IMG/VR virus record: IMGVR_UViG_3300005253_000613
Location: 1 to 60,685 of that record
Strand: one strand, 5' to 3'
Length of the DNA: 60,685 bases
Origin: a virus
Taxonomy: Duplodnaviria; Caudoviricetes
Part shown: one piece after another, positions 10,618 through 19,853 of the stretch
How the letters are laid out: every line of letters begins with the position of its first letter
How positions within the stretch are numbered: the first letter of the stretch is position 1
Notes under the pieces: generated by a model
What the model saw: the letters and a program-made list of their open reading frames with translations, nothing else
Databases searched by the model: none
Told to the model about the DNA's origin: nothing
Program-made: the position numbers and the translations under genes

Positions 10618-13366
10618 ATATGATAAGTTTTAATGCAATAAAAAGTTGGTTCTATCAACAATGGGTTTTGTGGGGATTAATAATACTGGCAATTATAGTT
10701 ATATTATGTGGCTTTGTTTATCTTGCATCTTATTTGGGGAGTCACCTGCAAACAAGTGCAGATAATACCTTGTTAGAATTGTCATCCTTAACAGACCCAA
10801 CAGAAAGAGGGCTTGCATATATTGGGGTGGCAATTATAATTTCAGCTATAATAAGAGCCATATTTAACAAATAGTAGAGCATAATTTAAATCAGTTATTT
10901 GGAAACGTGCCATGAAAATAATAATACCACCATATATTTGTGAAACAATCGACAAAATGATTGAAGTTTGTATCCAAACCGAAATTGAACATTTCAAAGC
11001 ATTCGAAGATGGCACAGGTGAAAATTGCTTAATCAGTGCAGATGATGGCTATGATGACGTTACAGAGGAACTAAGGGAGCGAATAATAGACTTACTTAAT
11101 TCAGAGCAGAAAATTAATCATAATATAATAAAGATGTGAAATGTGGAAACGGTTAAAAAAAGAAGATAGGTGGCTTATAGTATTGGCTATGCCTTTTATA
11201 TTAATGTGGGCATACGTGATTATTAGTAGTTTATTTTTAATATAGGAGAAGAAATGAAATGCCTGATTTAGAAATATCTGAATTTATAGAGGTGTAAAAT
11301 GGAATTCAATTTTTGTGGAATAATAGCAAGTGTAGTAATAGGATTTGTGTTGGGAGCATTTGCGTCACTAATCTTTATAATAATTCATAAATGGAAGCAA
11401 AGTTGAGGTGTGAAATGAGGAAAAGACAATTCGATGATTTTCGAGGTGAATTAGATGTTTACGAAAACGAATTAGAGTTTATAACGGATTTGATGAATAA
11501 TGTAGGTATAGAATTCATTGATTATTGCGGCAGATCATGGAAGTATAAGAATCGGTTATTTTGGCATAAGGATTTGGGGGATAATATTTGGATCAAAGGC
11601 ATATTTTGCTTGCATTTATATGCGGAGGGAATAAAGCAGCTAATCAATCAGGAGCAACAATGAACAAGAAAATGATAATAATTGGCTTTATACTCCTCTT
11701 CCTTTGTTCAATTGGTGCCGGATATGCAATAGGGACTATTATTTTTGACGGCATATCTGCATTACGGATGGTCGTGGCGATAGTACAGATTATCTTAATA
11801 GTAGTCAATGCTATTTTTCTCAGAAAATGGATAAATCAATAGGTGGTGAAATGAAAAACCAATATGGTTAAAAAGAATTGATAATGCACTTAGTGAATGG
11901 GTCGGCGATTCAATAATAAGATGGTTCAGTATACCGATATCAGCCGTTATATTGGGTCTGATTATTGGTTACTTTGTATTTATTTATTAACTATTCAGGA
12001 GCAACAATGACTAAATTAGAATTAATAACCGAAAATAAAAAACTACGCAAACGACTCCAAGAATCCAAAGAGGGGTACAAAATTTTAATGATTTTTTACC
12101 GAAGTGCAAAAAAAGAGATAAAAATGTTTAAAAAGCAATATGGCAAACTTTTTTAATATGGGAGGCAGAAAATGAAAAAGAAATATAAAATTCAAATAGG
12201 TTTTTGGCTATACTTAATTTTAGCATTCTCGGTTGTTATCGTTGGCATACCAGCGATTATTGGAATATTTTTTTGATAAGATAACAGAAAATTTGTGGGC
12301 ATTATTAATATTAATAATATCGTCTACAATCGCTTGTAGTTTGCTCACATTATATTTTATAAATATTTACTCTGGGATAATTAATAACAATAGAAAAAAA
12401 GATGAAGTACCATTTTAAATTAGGAGCGAATTATGAACTGGAAAAAGATAAAAAAATGTCCGTTGGCATATGAATTACTGATAGCCAGCCGTGACGCTCC
12501 CACTATATTCTATGGTTACATCCGATACTTATTCGATTTCTTTGATGAGAACAGGGTGATAATGATTATTGCATTAGACGAATTAACTGATAAATTCGAA
12601 GCATGGGCAATAGCTCCCGGTTCCGATGGGTATATAGGTACTTATGACAATAGGAAAGTCGCTGAAGAACATGCGATTCTAAAATCTTTTCAAATATTAG
12701 AAAACCAATTACAGGAGCAACAATGAAAAAACTGATATTAATAATAATAGCAATATTTATGGTGAGTGCATGGTGTTTTTTCCTGTTGGGTAATTACATA
12801 GTAACAGATGAACACATAGAGCCTTATAAATGGTTTTTTACATCATTCTTTGCTATATATTTTTGCATAATGGGCATTGTTAAAATACGGGGGTTAAAGC
12901 AATGAAAAAGACACCGTGGGATGATTTAAGCGATGAACAGAAAAATTTGTTTTGGGATAAAGCATCTGCAATAAATCTTAGTAAATTACAAGAATGTGAT
13001 ACCAATGATATTGCTAATATTACCAGTGTTTTTATCAACACCATTACCGACATTGCCCGTGTCATATATGAGGGGATAGATAATGAACAAACGTTCAAGA
13101 TAAAACCGCTGGGGTGGGTGGATATAGGGAATGACATATATGATGCACACATACCGGAAGGTTTATATCGAGTATTTATGGTAACTGAATATGACGAGTT
13201 AAAATATATTTGGTATTATATGAAATGGTATATTGAAGAATATAAGGAACAGAAAAATTGCGAATCAATCGAACACGGCAAGCAACTTTGCCAAGCTCAC
13301 TACGAAGAACAAATGATGAAAAAATTAATTAAGGCATAACTAAAGTTCCACTAATTTGAGGCTCAT

Positions 13367-13882
13367 TTGATACTAATAATAACATTACTACTGTTAACTC
13401 AGGGATTACACTGTCAGGATATTACTGGAGCAATAGATATAATAAAGCACTGTGAGGTTTACAGCAGCACGCCTTACATGGATTTAGACAGCAATCTTGC
13501 AATAGGTTATGGATATAAGGTAAATGTTCGATACGGACAATTTATGAGCGAAATAGAGGCATCGAATAAAATGGTTGAAGATTTACGTTGCCGGATAAAG
13601 CGATTAAACAAATTAGTCAAAGTAAAATTGAATAACAACCAACTCAATGCTTTGTTATCATTAGTTTATAATATTGGGATTGGAAATTTTGCACGGTCAG
13701 ATTTACTACGAAAATTGAATAAAGGGAATTACGAGTTAGAATCAGAATTTATGAGGTGGATTTATGTCAGGTGCAGAAACCAAGAATGTGATATTGAAAA
13801 TTGCAAGAAAAAGCAAGGTGGATTAGTTAAACGGCGTATAAAGGAATGGAAGTTGTTTAATTTAAATGAGAAAATAAAATGA
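13367..13882 (+). CDS. GH24 phage lysozyme with N-terminal hydrophobic segment
   Basis: E-x8-D motif, IGYG, LNNNQLNALLSLVYNIGIGNF, GLVKRR. Confidence 0.9.
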   Translation: MILIITLLLLTQGLHCQDITGAIDIIKHCEVYSSTPYMDLDSNLAIGYGYKVNVRYGQFMSEIEASNKMVEDLRCRIKRLNKLVKVKLNNNQLNALLSLVYNIGIGNFARSDLLRKLNKGNYELESEFMRWIYVRCRNQECDIENCKKKQGGLVKRRIKEWKLFNLNEKIK

Positions 13883-13992
13883 TATACACAACGGGCGAGG
13901 AATTACAAAAGCATAGAATCCCTAATGACATATTTGAACATTTGACAACCAATGTCCCGGACTACAACCCTAATAGAGAAATATTAAAATGA
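13879..13992 (+). pseudogene. 37-codon truncated duplicate of the 5' end of the Imm5-like gene
   Basis: MIYTTGEELQKHRIPNDIFEHLTTNVPDYNP then NREILK-stop; not in ORF track. Confidence 0.75.
13882..13970 (+). repeat. 89-bp perfect inverted repeat, right copy
   Basis: Identical to reverse complement of 3881-3969. Confidence 0.95.
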
Positions 13993-14469
13993 CAACCGAA
14001 GAAAAATCACTTAAAATATTAGATGTAAATACTTTAACGATTTCAATGCCAGATGGGAATCATGTACATCTCGGTTCTATGGAATGCGAAGATGCCAGAG
14101 GTTTTATATACTTAATAGATGATTTATATAATTATTTTTGTGAGGATAAATAAAATGATATTTTTCGATAATATAATACTCGAATTCTTAGCTATTGGGG
14201 GATGTCTGATATTAGTGATTTTATGCTTTGGAGAATAGAAGAAACATCCGTTAAGGTGGCCAAGGATTTGATTGAGCCTTTAACTAATGGATTGGAAAAA
14301 CTAAAGGCAAAACCAGAATTTTACAAAAATTTTGATGCTAAGAACGGATGGGGAACTTATGATGACTTTGTCCCGTGGGTAGAAAAGCTCTTAATTGCCT
14401 GCCTGGAAAATCCAGAAGCAACTATTTCAACAAATAGATGAATAAACCGTTTTTTATTTTAGGTTATAT

Positions 14470-15099
14470 ATGAGAATTCTAATAGCTTGTGAAGAAAGCC
14501 AAATAGTAACAAAGGAATTTAGAAAGTTAGGGCATGAAGCATATAGTTGTGATTTAATTGAAACTTCAGGCGAACATCCAGATTGGCATATTAAAGGGGA
14601 TGTTTTGACAATATTAAATGATGGTTGGGACATGATGGTTGGATTCCCCCCTTGCACATATTTGAGTTATGCAGGCACGAGGCATTGGGATAATCCCGGG
14701 AGGTTAAGAAAACGATTAGATGCTTTGGAATTCTTTGCCAAATTATGGCTCGCACCTATAAATAAAATATGTTTAGAAAACCCAAGGGGGTGTGCCTCCC
14801 CAACAATTGCGAAATACACACAACTCATAAATCCGTATTATTTCGGGGATAATTATAGCAAACCAACTTGTTTATATTTAAAAAAATTACCGCAATTAAT
14901 ACACCATAATCAAGATGGTTTATTTGACAAAGCAACATGGGTGAGCAAAGGGGAGTTTGTAGAATATAAAAGAAAAGACGGTACGATAAAAAAAGAATCG
15001 AAATGGTTTAGGGAACTGTCCGGCAATGCTAAGGAACTGAGCAAAACATTCCCTGGAATAGCGAAAGTAATGGCTGAGCAATGGGGTGGGAACCTATGA
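14470..15099 (+). CDS. Small phage C5-cytosine DNA methyltransferase-like protein
   Basis: ILIACEES, AYSCDL, GFPPCTYL (PC motif), ICLENP, SKTFPGIA..MAEQWG. Confidence 0.75.
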   Translation: MRILIACEESQIVTKEFRKLGHEAYSCDLIETSGEHPDWHIKGDVLTILNDGWDMMVGFPPCTYLSYAGTRHWDNPGRLRKRLDALEFFAKLWLAPINKICLENPRGCASPTIAKYTQLINPYYFGDNYSKPTCLYLKKLPQLIHHNQDGLFDKATWVSKGEFVEYKRKDGTIKKESKWFRELSGNAKELSKTFPGIAKVMAEQWGGNL

Positions 15100-15938
15100 A
15101 AGATACTTACTGGTTCAAACACGACTCAAACGCTCGTAATGATTTAAAATTAGTCAAGTTAAGACGGTTATCAGGATTGGAAGGAATAGGATTGTTTTGG
15201 TGTGTGATTGAAATGCTTAGAGAATCTGAAAATTATAAATTGCCGTATAAAGAAAAAGAAGATATATGTTTTGATTTAAGAAGCAGTGAAAAGGCTTTCG
15301 ATGATATGTTTGAAGCTGGATTATTACACAAAAAAGACGATATGTTTTTTTCAAATGCATTAAATAATCGAATGGAAAAACTTGATATTCAACGTGAAAA
15401 ATCAAGGGAAGGCGGTATTAAATCTGGTATTTCAAGAAGAGAAAAACCTAAGTTAGGTTCAACCAAAAGCGAAGGCCCTTCAAAGGGTGCTCCAACCACC
15501 CTTGAACCATTAGATAAGATAAGAGTAGATAAGATAAGAGTAGATAAGATAAGAGTAGATAAGATAAGAGTAGATAAGATAAGAGTAGATAAGAATATAA
15601 TACTGTTAAACAAATTACAGCAATATGTTTTAGATACTTTTCCTGCTGTAAAAACCGTAAAAACACAGTTAACAAATGAACAATGTGAAAAGTTATTAAA
15701 AGATTACGGATGGGAGATAGTAATAGAGAAATTAGAGGTTATGGAAAATAGAGATGCCAAACTCAATAATGGCAGGAAATATAAATCAGTTTATTTAACA
15801 ATAAAAGGGTGGTGCAAAGATGGAACAGATAAAAGATATAATCAAACAGGGCAAAATTTTCAAAATAGAAAAGCCGGTAGGAAAAATTCAGCTGAACAGT
15901 TCATCGAAAACGCTAAGGAAAATACAATCCTTAGATAA
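15096..15938 (+). CDS. Replication initiator-like protein (DUF4373 / Lin1244-type N-terminus)
   Basis: YWFKHDSNARND.KL..LR...G.EG.GLFW..IEML; central DKIRV repeat; start taken at MKDTY. Confidence 0.75.
   Translation: MKDTYWFKHDSNARNDLKLVKLRRLSGLEGIGLFWCVIEMLRESENYKLPYKEKEDICFDLRSSEKAFDDMFEAGLLHKKDDMFFSNALNNRMEKLDIQREKSREGGIKSGISRREKPKLGSTKSEGPSKGAPTTLEPLDKIRVDKIRVDKIRVDKIRVDKIRVDKNIILLNKLQQYVLDTFPAVKTVKTQLTNEQCEKLLKDYGWEIVIEKLEVMENRDAKLNNGRKYKSVYLTIKGWCKDGTDKRYNQTGQNFQNRKAGRKNSAEQFIENAKENTILR
15511..15594 (+). repeat. 15-bp tandem repeat TAGATAAGATAAGAG x5.6
   Basis: Perfect head-to-tail copies, no spacers; encodes DKIRV. Confidence 0.95.
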
Positions 15939-16518
15939 ACCAATTGTGGCATCAAGGCTTTGGCCCGGAGAAATAGACAAACAAGAATTAAGAGAAATGG
16001 TTCTAATGCTGGCAAGAAAATTTGATAAACCAGATTATAGTGAGGAAGGGTCTCTTAAATTCCAAAAAGCACGGAATATTTGGGAAAATGCAATTAAAGA
16101 GAATATGAGTAAGTTAGAATTCCGTAAATATATTGAATTATTTGATAAGGGGAAATTTTACGATAGTGGTTATAATATATGGCAAGAATCGGATTTTTTC
16201 GGAACAAATATGAAAGTATTATATACACGGGTCCAGGTAGAAGACTTGCAAGAACAGACGGGAGATATAAACATGTTCGGCAAAATGGTAATGTATGTGT
16301 TCGATTATAATGGAAAAGAATTAATTATGTATAGCTTCCATCATGATTTACCGTATGATAAATATTTACCAAAACAGATCGAAGGTGAATCTATGATTAA
16401 GGATTTTACAGAGGATGAACTTGATTTAAGTAAAGCAATCATAAACCTACAACTTGAAAACATAGAATTAAAAGATGAAATTGATAAATTGAATGTAATT
16501 ATTGCAAAAATGAAATAA
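15820..16518 (+). CDS. Hypothetical protein downstream of initiator
   Basis: 232-aa ORF overlapping initiator 3' end; true start uncertain. Confidence 0.5.
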   Translation: MEQIKDIIKQGKIFKIEKPVGKIQLNSSSKTLRKIQSLDKPIVASRLWPGEIDKQELREMVLMLARKFDKPDYSEEGSLKFQKARNIWENAIKENMSKLEFRKYIELFDKGKFYDSGYNIWQESDFFGTNMKVLYTRVQVEDLQEQTGDINMFGKMVMYVFDYNGKELIMYSFHHDLPYDKYLPKQIEGESMIKDFTEDELDLSKAIINLQLENIELKDEIDKLNVIIAKMK

Positions 16519-16519
16519 T

Positions 16520-16879
16520 ATGAAAGACTTTATATTAAATAGGGTAATATTTTATTCGGGTTTGAATTATGATTCATTAAAATCAAAATGTTGTTTAAAA
16601 ATCTATTGCCGGGCAAGGCAAGTATTAATATATCTACTTTATGAATATACAATAATGTCATTAAAACAAATAGGCAAGCTATTAAACAGAGATCATTCAA
16701 CAATACATCACAATAAAAAAGTAATAATAAATATGAAAACCATACTTAGTTATGCAAATGACCCTCAAATGGTAATGCTAAGAACGATAGAAAAAGAAAC
16801 GATACAATACCGTCAAAATCAAGAAATTAAACAAGACTGGGAAACTGATTCTTCATTAGGTATCAATATTAATTATTAA
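16520..16879 (+). CDS. DnaA C-terminal-like HTH protein
   Basis: RARQVLIYL...SLKQIGKLL.RDHSTIHH. Confidence 0.8.
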   Translation: MKDFILNRVIFYSGLNYDSLKSKCCLKIYCRARQVLIYLLYEYTIMSLKQIGKLLNRDHSTIHHNKKVIINMKTILSYANDPQMVMLRTIEKETIQYRQNQEIKQDWETDSSLGININY

Positions 16880-16890
16880 TTAGGAAAGAA

Positions 16891-17562
16891 ATGAGTGAAA
16901 AACTAAACACCATAAATATACAAGGCAAGCCCTATGTAATGGTTCACGACCGGGTAATCAAGTTCCATAAATTGTATGAAAATGGCTGTATTCAAACTAT
17001 TTTAGTAAGTTCTTATGAATCAGACATTGTAGTTATCAAAGCCAAAGCAATACCGGATATTGACAAATCAGAGCGTTATTTCACAGGTTATGCCCAAGAA
17101 ATAAAAGGTGAAGGCTATATTAATAAAACTTCGGCACTTGAAAATGCAGAGACTTCGGCAATTGGCAGGGCTTTGGGATTGTTGGGGATAGGCATAGTAC
17201 ATGGGCTCCCCTCTGCCGATGAAATAAATAAAGCCCACAATTATAAATCTCCGGTTCAAGAACCAAACGAAAGTGAGTACAGACAAACCCCAAAATCAAG
17301 CAACCGGTCCAGTGATTACAAACAAAAACCGCGACAGCTATCTTCAAAGCAAAAAGATATGATTATTAAAGCGGCAGCAGATAATATGGTTGAAAATGAT
17401 ACTATGGCCAAATACATCCAAATAGTATGGGAAGCAGAGGATTTGAATAAGTTGGAAGCAACTTATGAAGATGTAAATGATATGATACAAACAATCAAAA
17501 ACGGCAAAATACAAGCTGAAATAGACGCTAAAATAGATATGGACACAGGGGAAATAAAATGA
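16891..17562 (+). CDS. Single-strand annealing protein (Sak/Rad52-like)
   Basis: INIQGKPYV.V.DR...ALENAETSAIGRAL..LGIG. Confidence 0.65.
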   Translation: MSEKLNTINIQGKPYVMVHDRVIKFHKLYENGCIQTILVSSYESDIVVIKAKAIPDIDKSERYFTGYAQEIKGEGYINKTSALENAETSAIGRALGLLGIGIVHGLPSADEINKAHNYKSPVQEPNESEYRQTPKSSNRSSDYKQKPRQLSSKQKDMIIKAAADNMVENDTMAKYIQIVWEAEDLNKLEATYEDVNDMIQTIKNGKIQAEIDAKIDMDTGEIK

Positions 17563-18094
17563 CAGCAGAAGAAATATTAGAAGACTATAAAACAGCGTAT
17601 CCAGATAGTTATAATAACGATTACAATATTATACAGGCTATCAAAGAAGGCTTGGAAGGTAGTAAAAAAGCAAATGACAACCAAAAATATAACGACTTAC
17701 TTGATAGTTACAATCGTTTAGATCGTTGGTGGCGGAAATTAAAAATGGAAAACCACAGTTTGAAAATGGAATATGATCCTGAGTATGCTAAACAACATAG
17801 ATTCTTAGCAGAATCAAATGCAAAATTCTTTCATCGACATCCACATCGCAAAGTCTATTATGAATTATAAGTTAAAACCAGATATAATTAAATTATGGGA
17901 TCAGGCAAACACGCAAAAACCGGGAAGTTCTGGCTGGAATGCAATAATGAATGAAATTGATTATAAGCTCAAGAAATTAACTAAAATGGAAGGTATTTTC
18001 AAAGTAAATGAATTTTTACAATATGAAGTCTATCAATTAAAAAATGAATCAGGTTTAACAGAATGACACAAGACGTTTCTAATAACTTTGGAGA

Positions 18095-18355
18095 ATGATT
18101 ATGAAAAAGTTAATATTTGTAATATTGATTGCATTAACTATAACAGGCTGTGCAAGGAGTTGTGATGATTTCGAAAGGACAACACAAGGGAATGCAGACT
18201 ACCAGGTAATTCAATATAGTGGTGGCGTAGTAGTTGGGCAATGGTCTTTTAATGGCATTGTTAACAGTAGCTTAAGCTCGGACGGATATTATTTTATTAT
18301 TAATGATCGAATGATAGAAGTGTCTGGAACAATTAAGATAATAAGAATAGATTAA
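18095..18355 (+). CDS. Putative lipoprotein
   Basis: MKK-hydrophobic-ITGC lipobox. Confidence 0.6.
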   Translation: MIMKKLIFVILIALTITGCARSCDDFERTTQGNADYQVIQYSGGVVVGQWSFNGIVNSSLSSDGYYFIINDRMIEVSGTIKIIRID

Positions 18356-18389
18356 GGCTGGTTTTTCTGATAAACTTTCTAGTCTGAAA

Positions 18390-18451
18390 GGCTACTGTTG
18401 GCACTTAGGAAGTGATCGTCCTAACTCAGGTTCAAATCCTGTCAGTAGCCC
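18390..18451 (+). ncRNA. Minimal tRNA-like element lacking a D arm (element A)
   Basis: GGCTACTG/CAGTAGCC stem, TTAGGA/TCCTAA hairpin, CAGG-TTCAAAT-CCTG T arm. Confidence 0.55.
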
Positions 18452-18488
18452 AAAAATAAATGTTTGTTCTTTAATTATAGGAGTTAAT

Positions 18489-18632
18489 ATGGATGTCTTT
18501 GAAAAAGCAGAATTGTATGATAAAATTGATGAAGATGATGAAATGACCGATAAGGAAAAGCGGGATGCTTATCGTTCAGAAATAGCCTGGGAAGAACAGC
18601 AAGAAGAAGAATGGGAAAACGATTATCAATAG
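18489..18632 (+). CDS. 47-aa highly acidic protein
   Basis: AGGAG RBS; MDVFEKAELYDKIDEDDEM...EEQQEEEWENDYQ, 20 of 47 residues D/E. Confidence 0.7.
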   Translation: MDVFEKAELYDKIDEDDEMTDKEKRDAYRSEIAWEEQQEEEWENDYQ

Positions 18633-18644
18633 TTCTTTAACATA

Positions 18645-18849
18645 GGGACGGTGGCGGAATAGGTAGGCGCGTGACAAGTTATGTGGTGGAAAGTCAATTA
18701 ATCCGATTCAGTGTGCCAATAGAAATAGAGAAGAGGCAGGATCAAACACTGATGCAACATTCACATAATATGCAAGGTGACTTAATAATAAGGTTGGATT
18801 AACGGTATACACTGCTTCTGGCCGGCTTATCAAATCCTTGCCCGTCCCT
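18645..18849 (+). ncRNA. Expanded tRNA-like RNA (element B)
   Basis: Acceptor GGGACGG/CCGTCCC, Leu-like D arm TGGCGGAATAGGTAGGCGC, T stem GCAAGG/CCTTGC with ~50-nt loop insert, central TTATGTG/CACATAA and TCAGTGT/ACACTGA stems. Confidence 0.7.
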
Positions 18850-18873
18850 TTAAATTTTAGTTCTTTTTAAAAT

Positions 18874-19002
18874 CATGCAATGGTTATGACAACAACCAAG
18901 GTAAGCGTTAAGAACCGGTAGCGTGAATTCGCTCCCGGGGGGGGATCTCTGATTTGTCTATATGAGATCGAAGGCACGGGGTGGGGAATCCCGTTTGCGT
19001 GA
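18874..19002 (+). ncRNA. Expanded tRNA-like RNA (element C)
   Basis: CATGCAA/TTGCGTG stem, TGGTT/AACCA, CCGG.AGCG/CGCT.CCGG, GATCTC/GAGATC, ACGGG-GTGGGGAAT-CCCGT. Confidence 0.55.
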
Positions 19003-19030
19003 TTTTAATTTATAGGGGCGGTGGTTAATT

Positions 19031-19495
19031 ATGGAAAATTTATTGGGGCAGAAATTATTTACACTCAATGGTGAGAATTTAATAATTAGGTTTAACAGAG
19101 AATTGTTAGAAGTATTTACCAACATGAGATCGCATCCAAATACATTTAGCAGGTGTTGGTTTTCAACATATCCTTATAGAAGATTGGGTGAGAATTTAAT
19201 TTACGCCAAAAATCATTTTAATATAAAGTTTGCAGCCGGATCATCAACTTTGTGGATAAGAGCAAATGTTAAATATGATGCTAAAATTGGCGGTTGGTGG
19301 TATGATGTAAGTGAATGGTATAGTTTGCATGATGGGAGAGAGTACAATAAGAATATGACGATTAATGATTTGCTGACAATATTTAAACGACATAAAATAG
19401 ACACAAAAATAGATTTTAACAGAGGGACGGTGGAAACACTGACAGAGCTTAAGGGCAACCACTATACACGAAATGGCTATAACATGCCTCCGTAG
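19031..19495 (+). CDS. Hypothetical protein inside the RNA cluster
   Basis: 154-aa ORF; 3' end overlaps element D. Confidence 0.55.
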   Translation: MENLLGQKLFTLNGENLIIRFNRELLEVFTNMRSHPNTFSRCWFSTYPYRRLGENLIYAKNHFNIKFAAGSSTLWIRANVKYDAKIGGWWYDVSEWYSLHDGREYNKNMTINDLLTIFKRHKIDTKIDFNRGTVETLTELKGNHYTRNGYNMPP

Positions 19496-19561
19496 CTGAG
19501 GAAAGGCAATCGAATAGCGATCGAGGGAGTGTATAACTGGAGTCAGGCAAGCCCCGTTCCT
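19424..19561 (+). ncRNA. Structured RNA with tRNA-like closing stem (element D)
   Basis: GGGACGG/CCGTTCC closing stem, same GGGACGGTGG start as element B, TGAC/GTCA and TATACAC/GTGTATA stems; no T arm. Confidence 0.45.
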
Positions 19562-19567
19562 TTTAAC

Positions 19568-19642
19568 ACGCTCTTAGCTCAGATGGTTAGCAGCACTTGC
19601 CTTTTAAGCAAGGGGTCGTTGGTTCAAATCCAGCAGGGCGTA
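19568..19642 (+). tRNA. tRNA-Lys(UUU)
   Basis: Acceptor ACGCTCT/AGGGCGT, anticodon arm CTTGC-CTTTTAA-GCAAG, T arm GTTGG-TTCAAAT-CCAGC; CCA not encoded. Confidence 0.92.
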
Positions 19643-19661
19643 CAATTTAGTTCTTAAATAT

Positions 19662-19853
19662 CCCAAGCGGTGGCTGAACGATGAAGGCAATACTGCAAAA
19701 GGTTGGTTGAAAACCTTATAAAACTAAGCATACTGGGTAACTTATTTATAGGTGAGGAAGCTGAGTAAATCTTTTCCGGTTTAGATTAACAACAAACCGT
19801 TGCAGGTAGGTATGATTGAAAGACGTTTTAATTATAAATCCTGTTCGCTTGGG
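19662..19853 (+). ncRNA. Expanded tRNA-like RNA (element E)
   Basis: CCCAAGCGG/TCGCTTGGG stem, D-arm-like TGGCTGAACGATGAAGGC, T stem GCAGG/CCTGT with hairpin TATGATTGAAA/TTTAATTATA in the loop, long central domain. Confidence 0.7.

Noticed and set aside
3881-13970. Diversity-generating retroelement TR/VR pair
   Set aside because: Copies are identical (no adenine-specific differences), lie at a gene 5' end, and no reverse transcriptase is in the window
15511-15594. CRISPR array
   Set aside because: Head-to-tail 15-mers without spacers, in frame in a gene; no cas genes
19014-19561. tmRNA
   Set aside because: No T arm or Ala-type acceptor end and no tag-like reading frame recognised
18645-19853. 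Group I/II introns in tRNA genes
   Set aside because: Inserts are only about 30-110 nt and I could not find catalytic core motifs; kept as unexplained RNA instead
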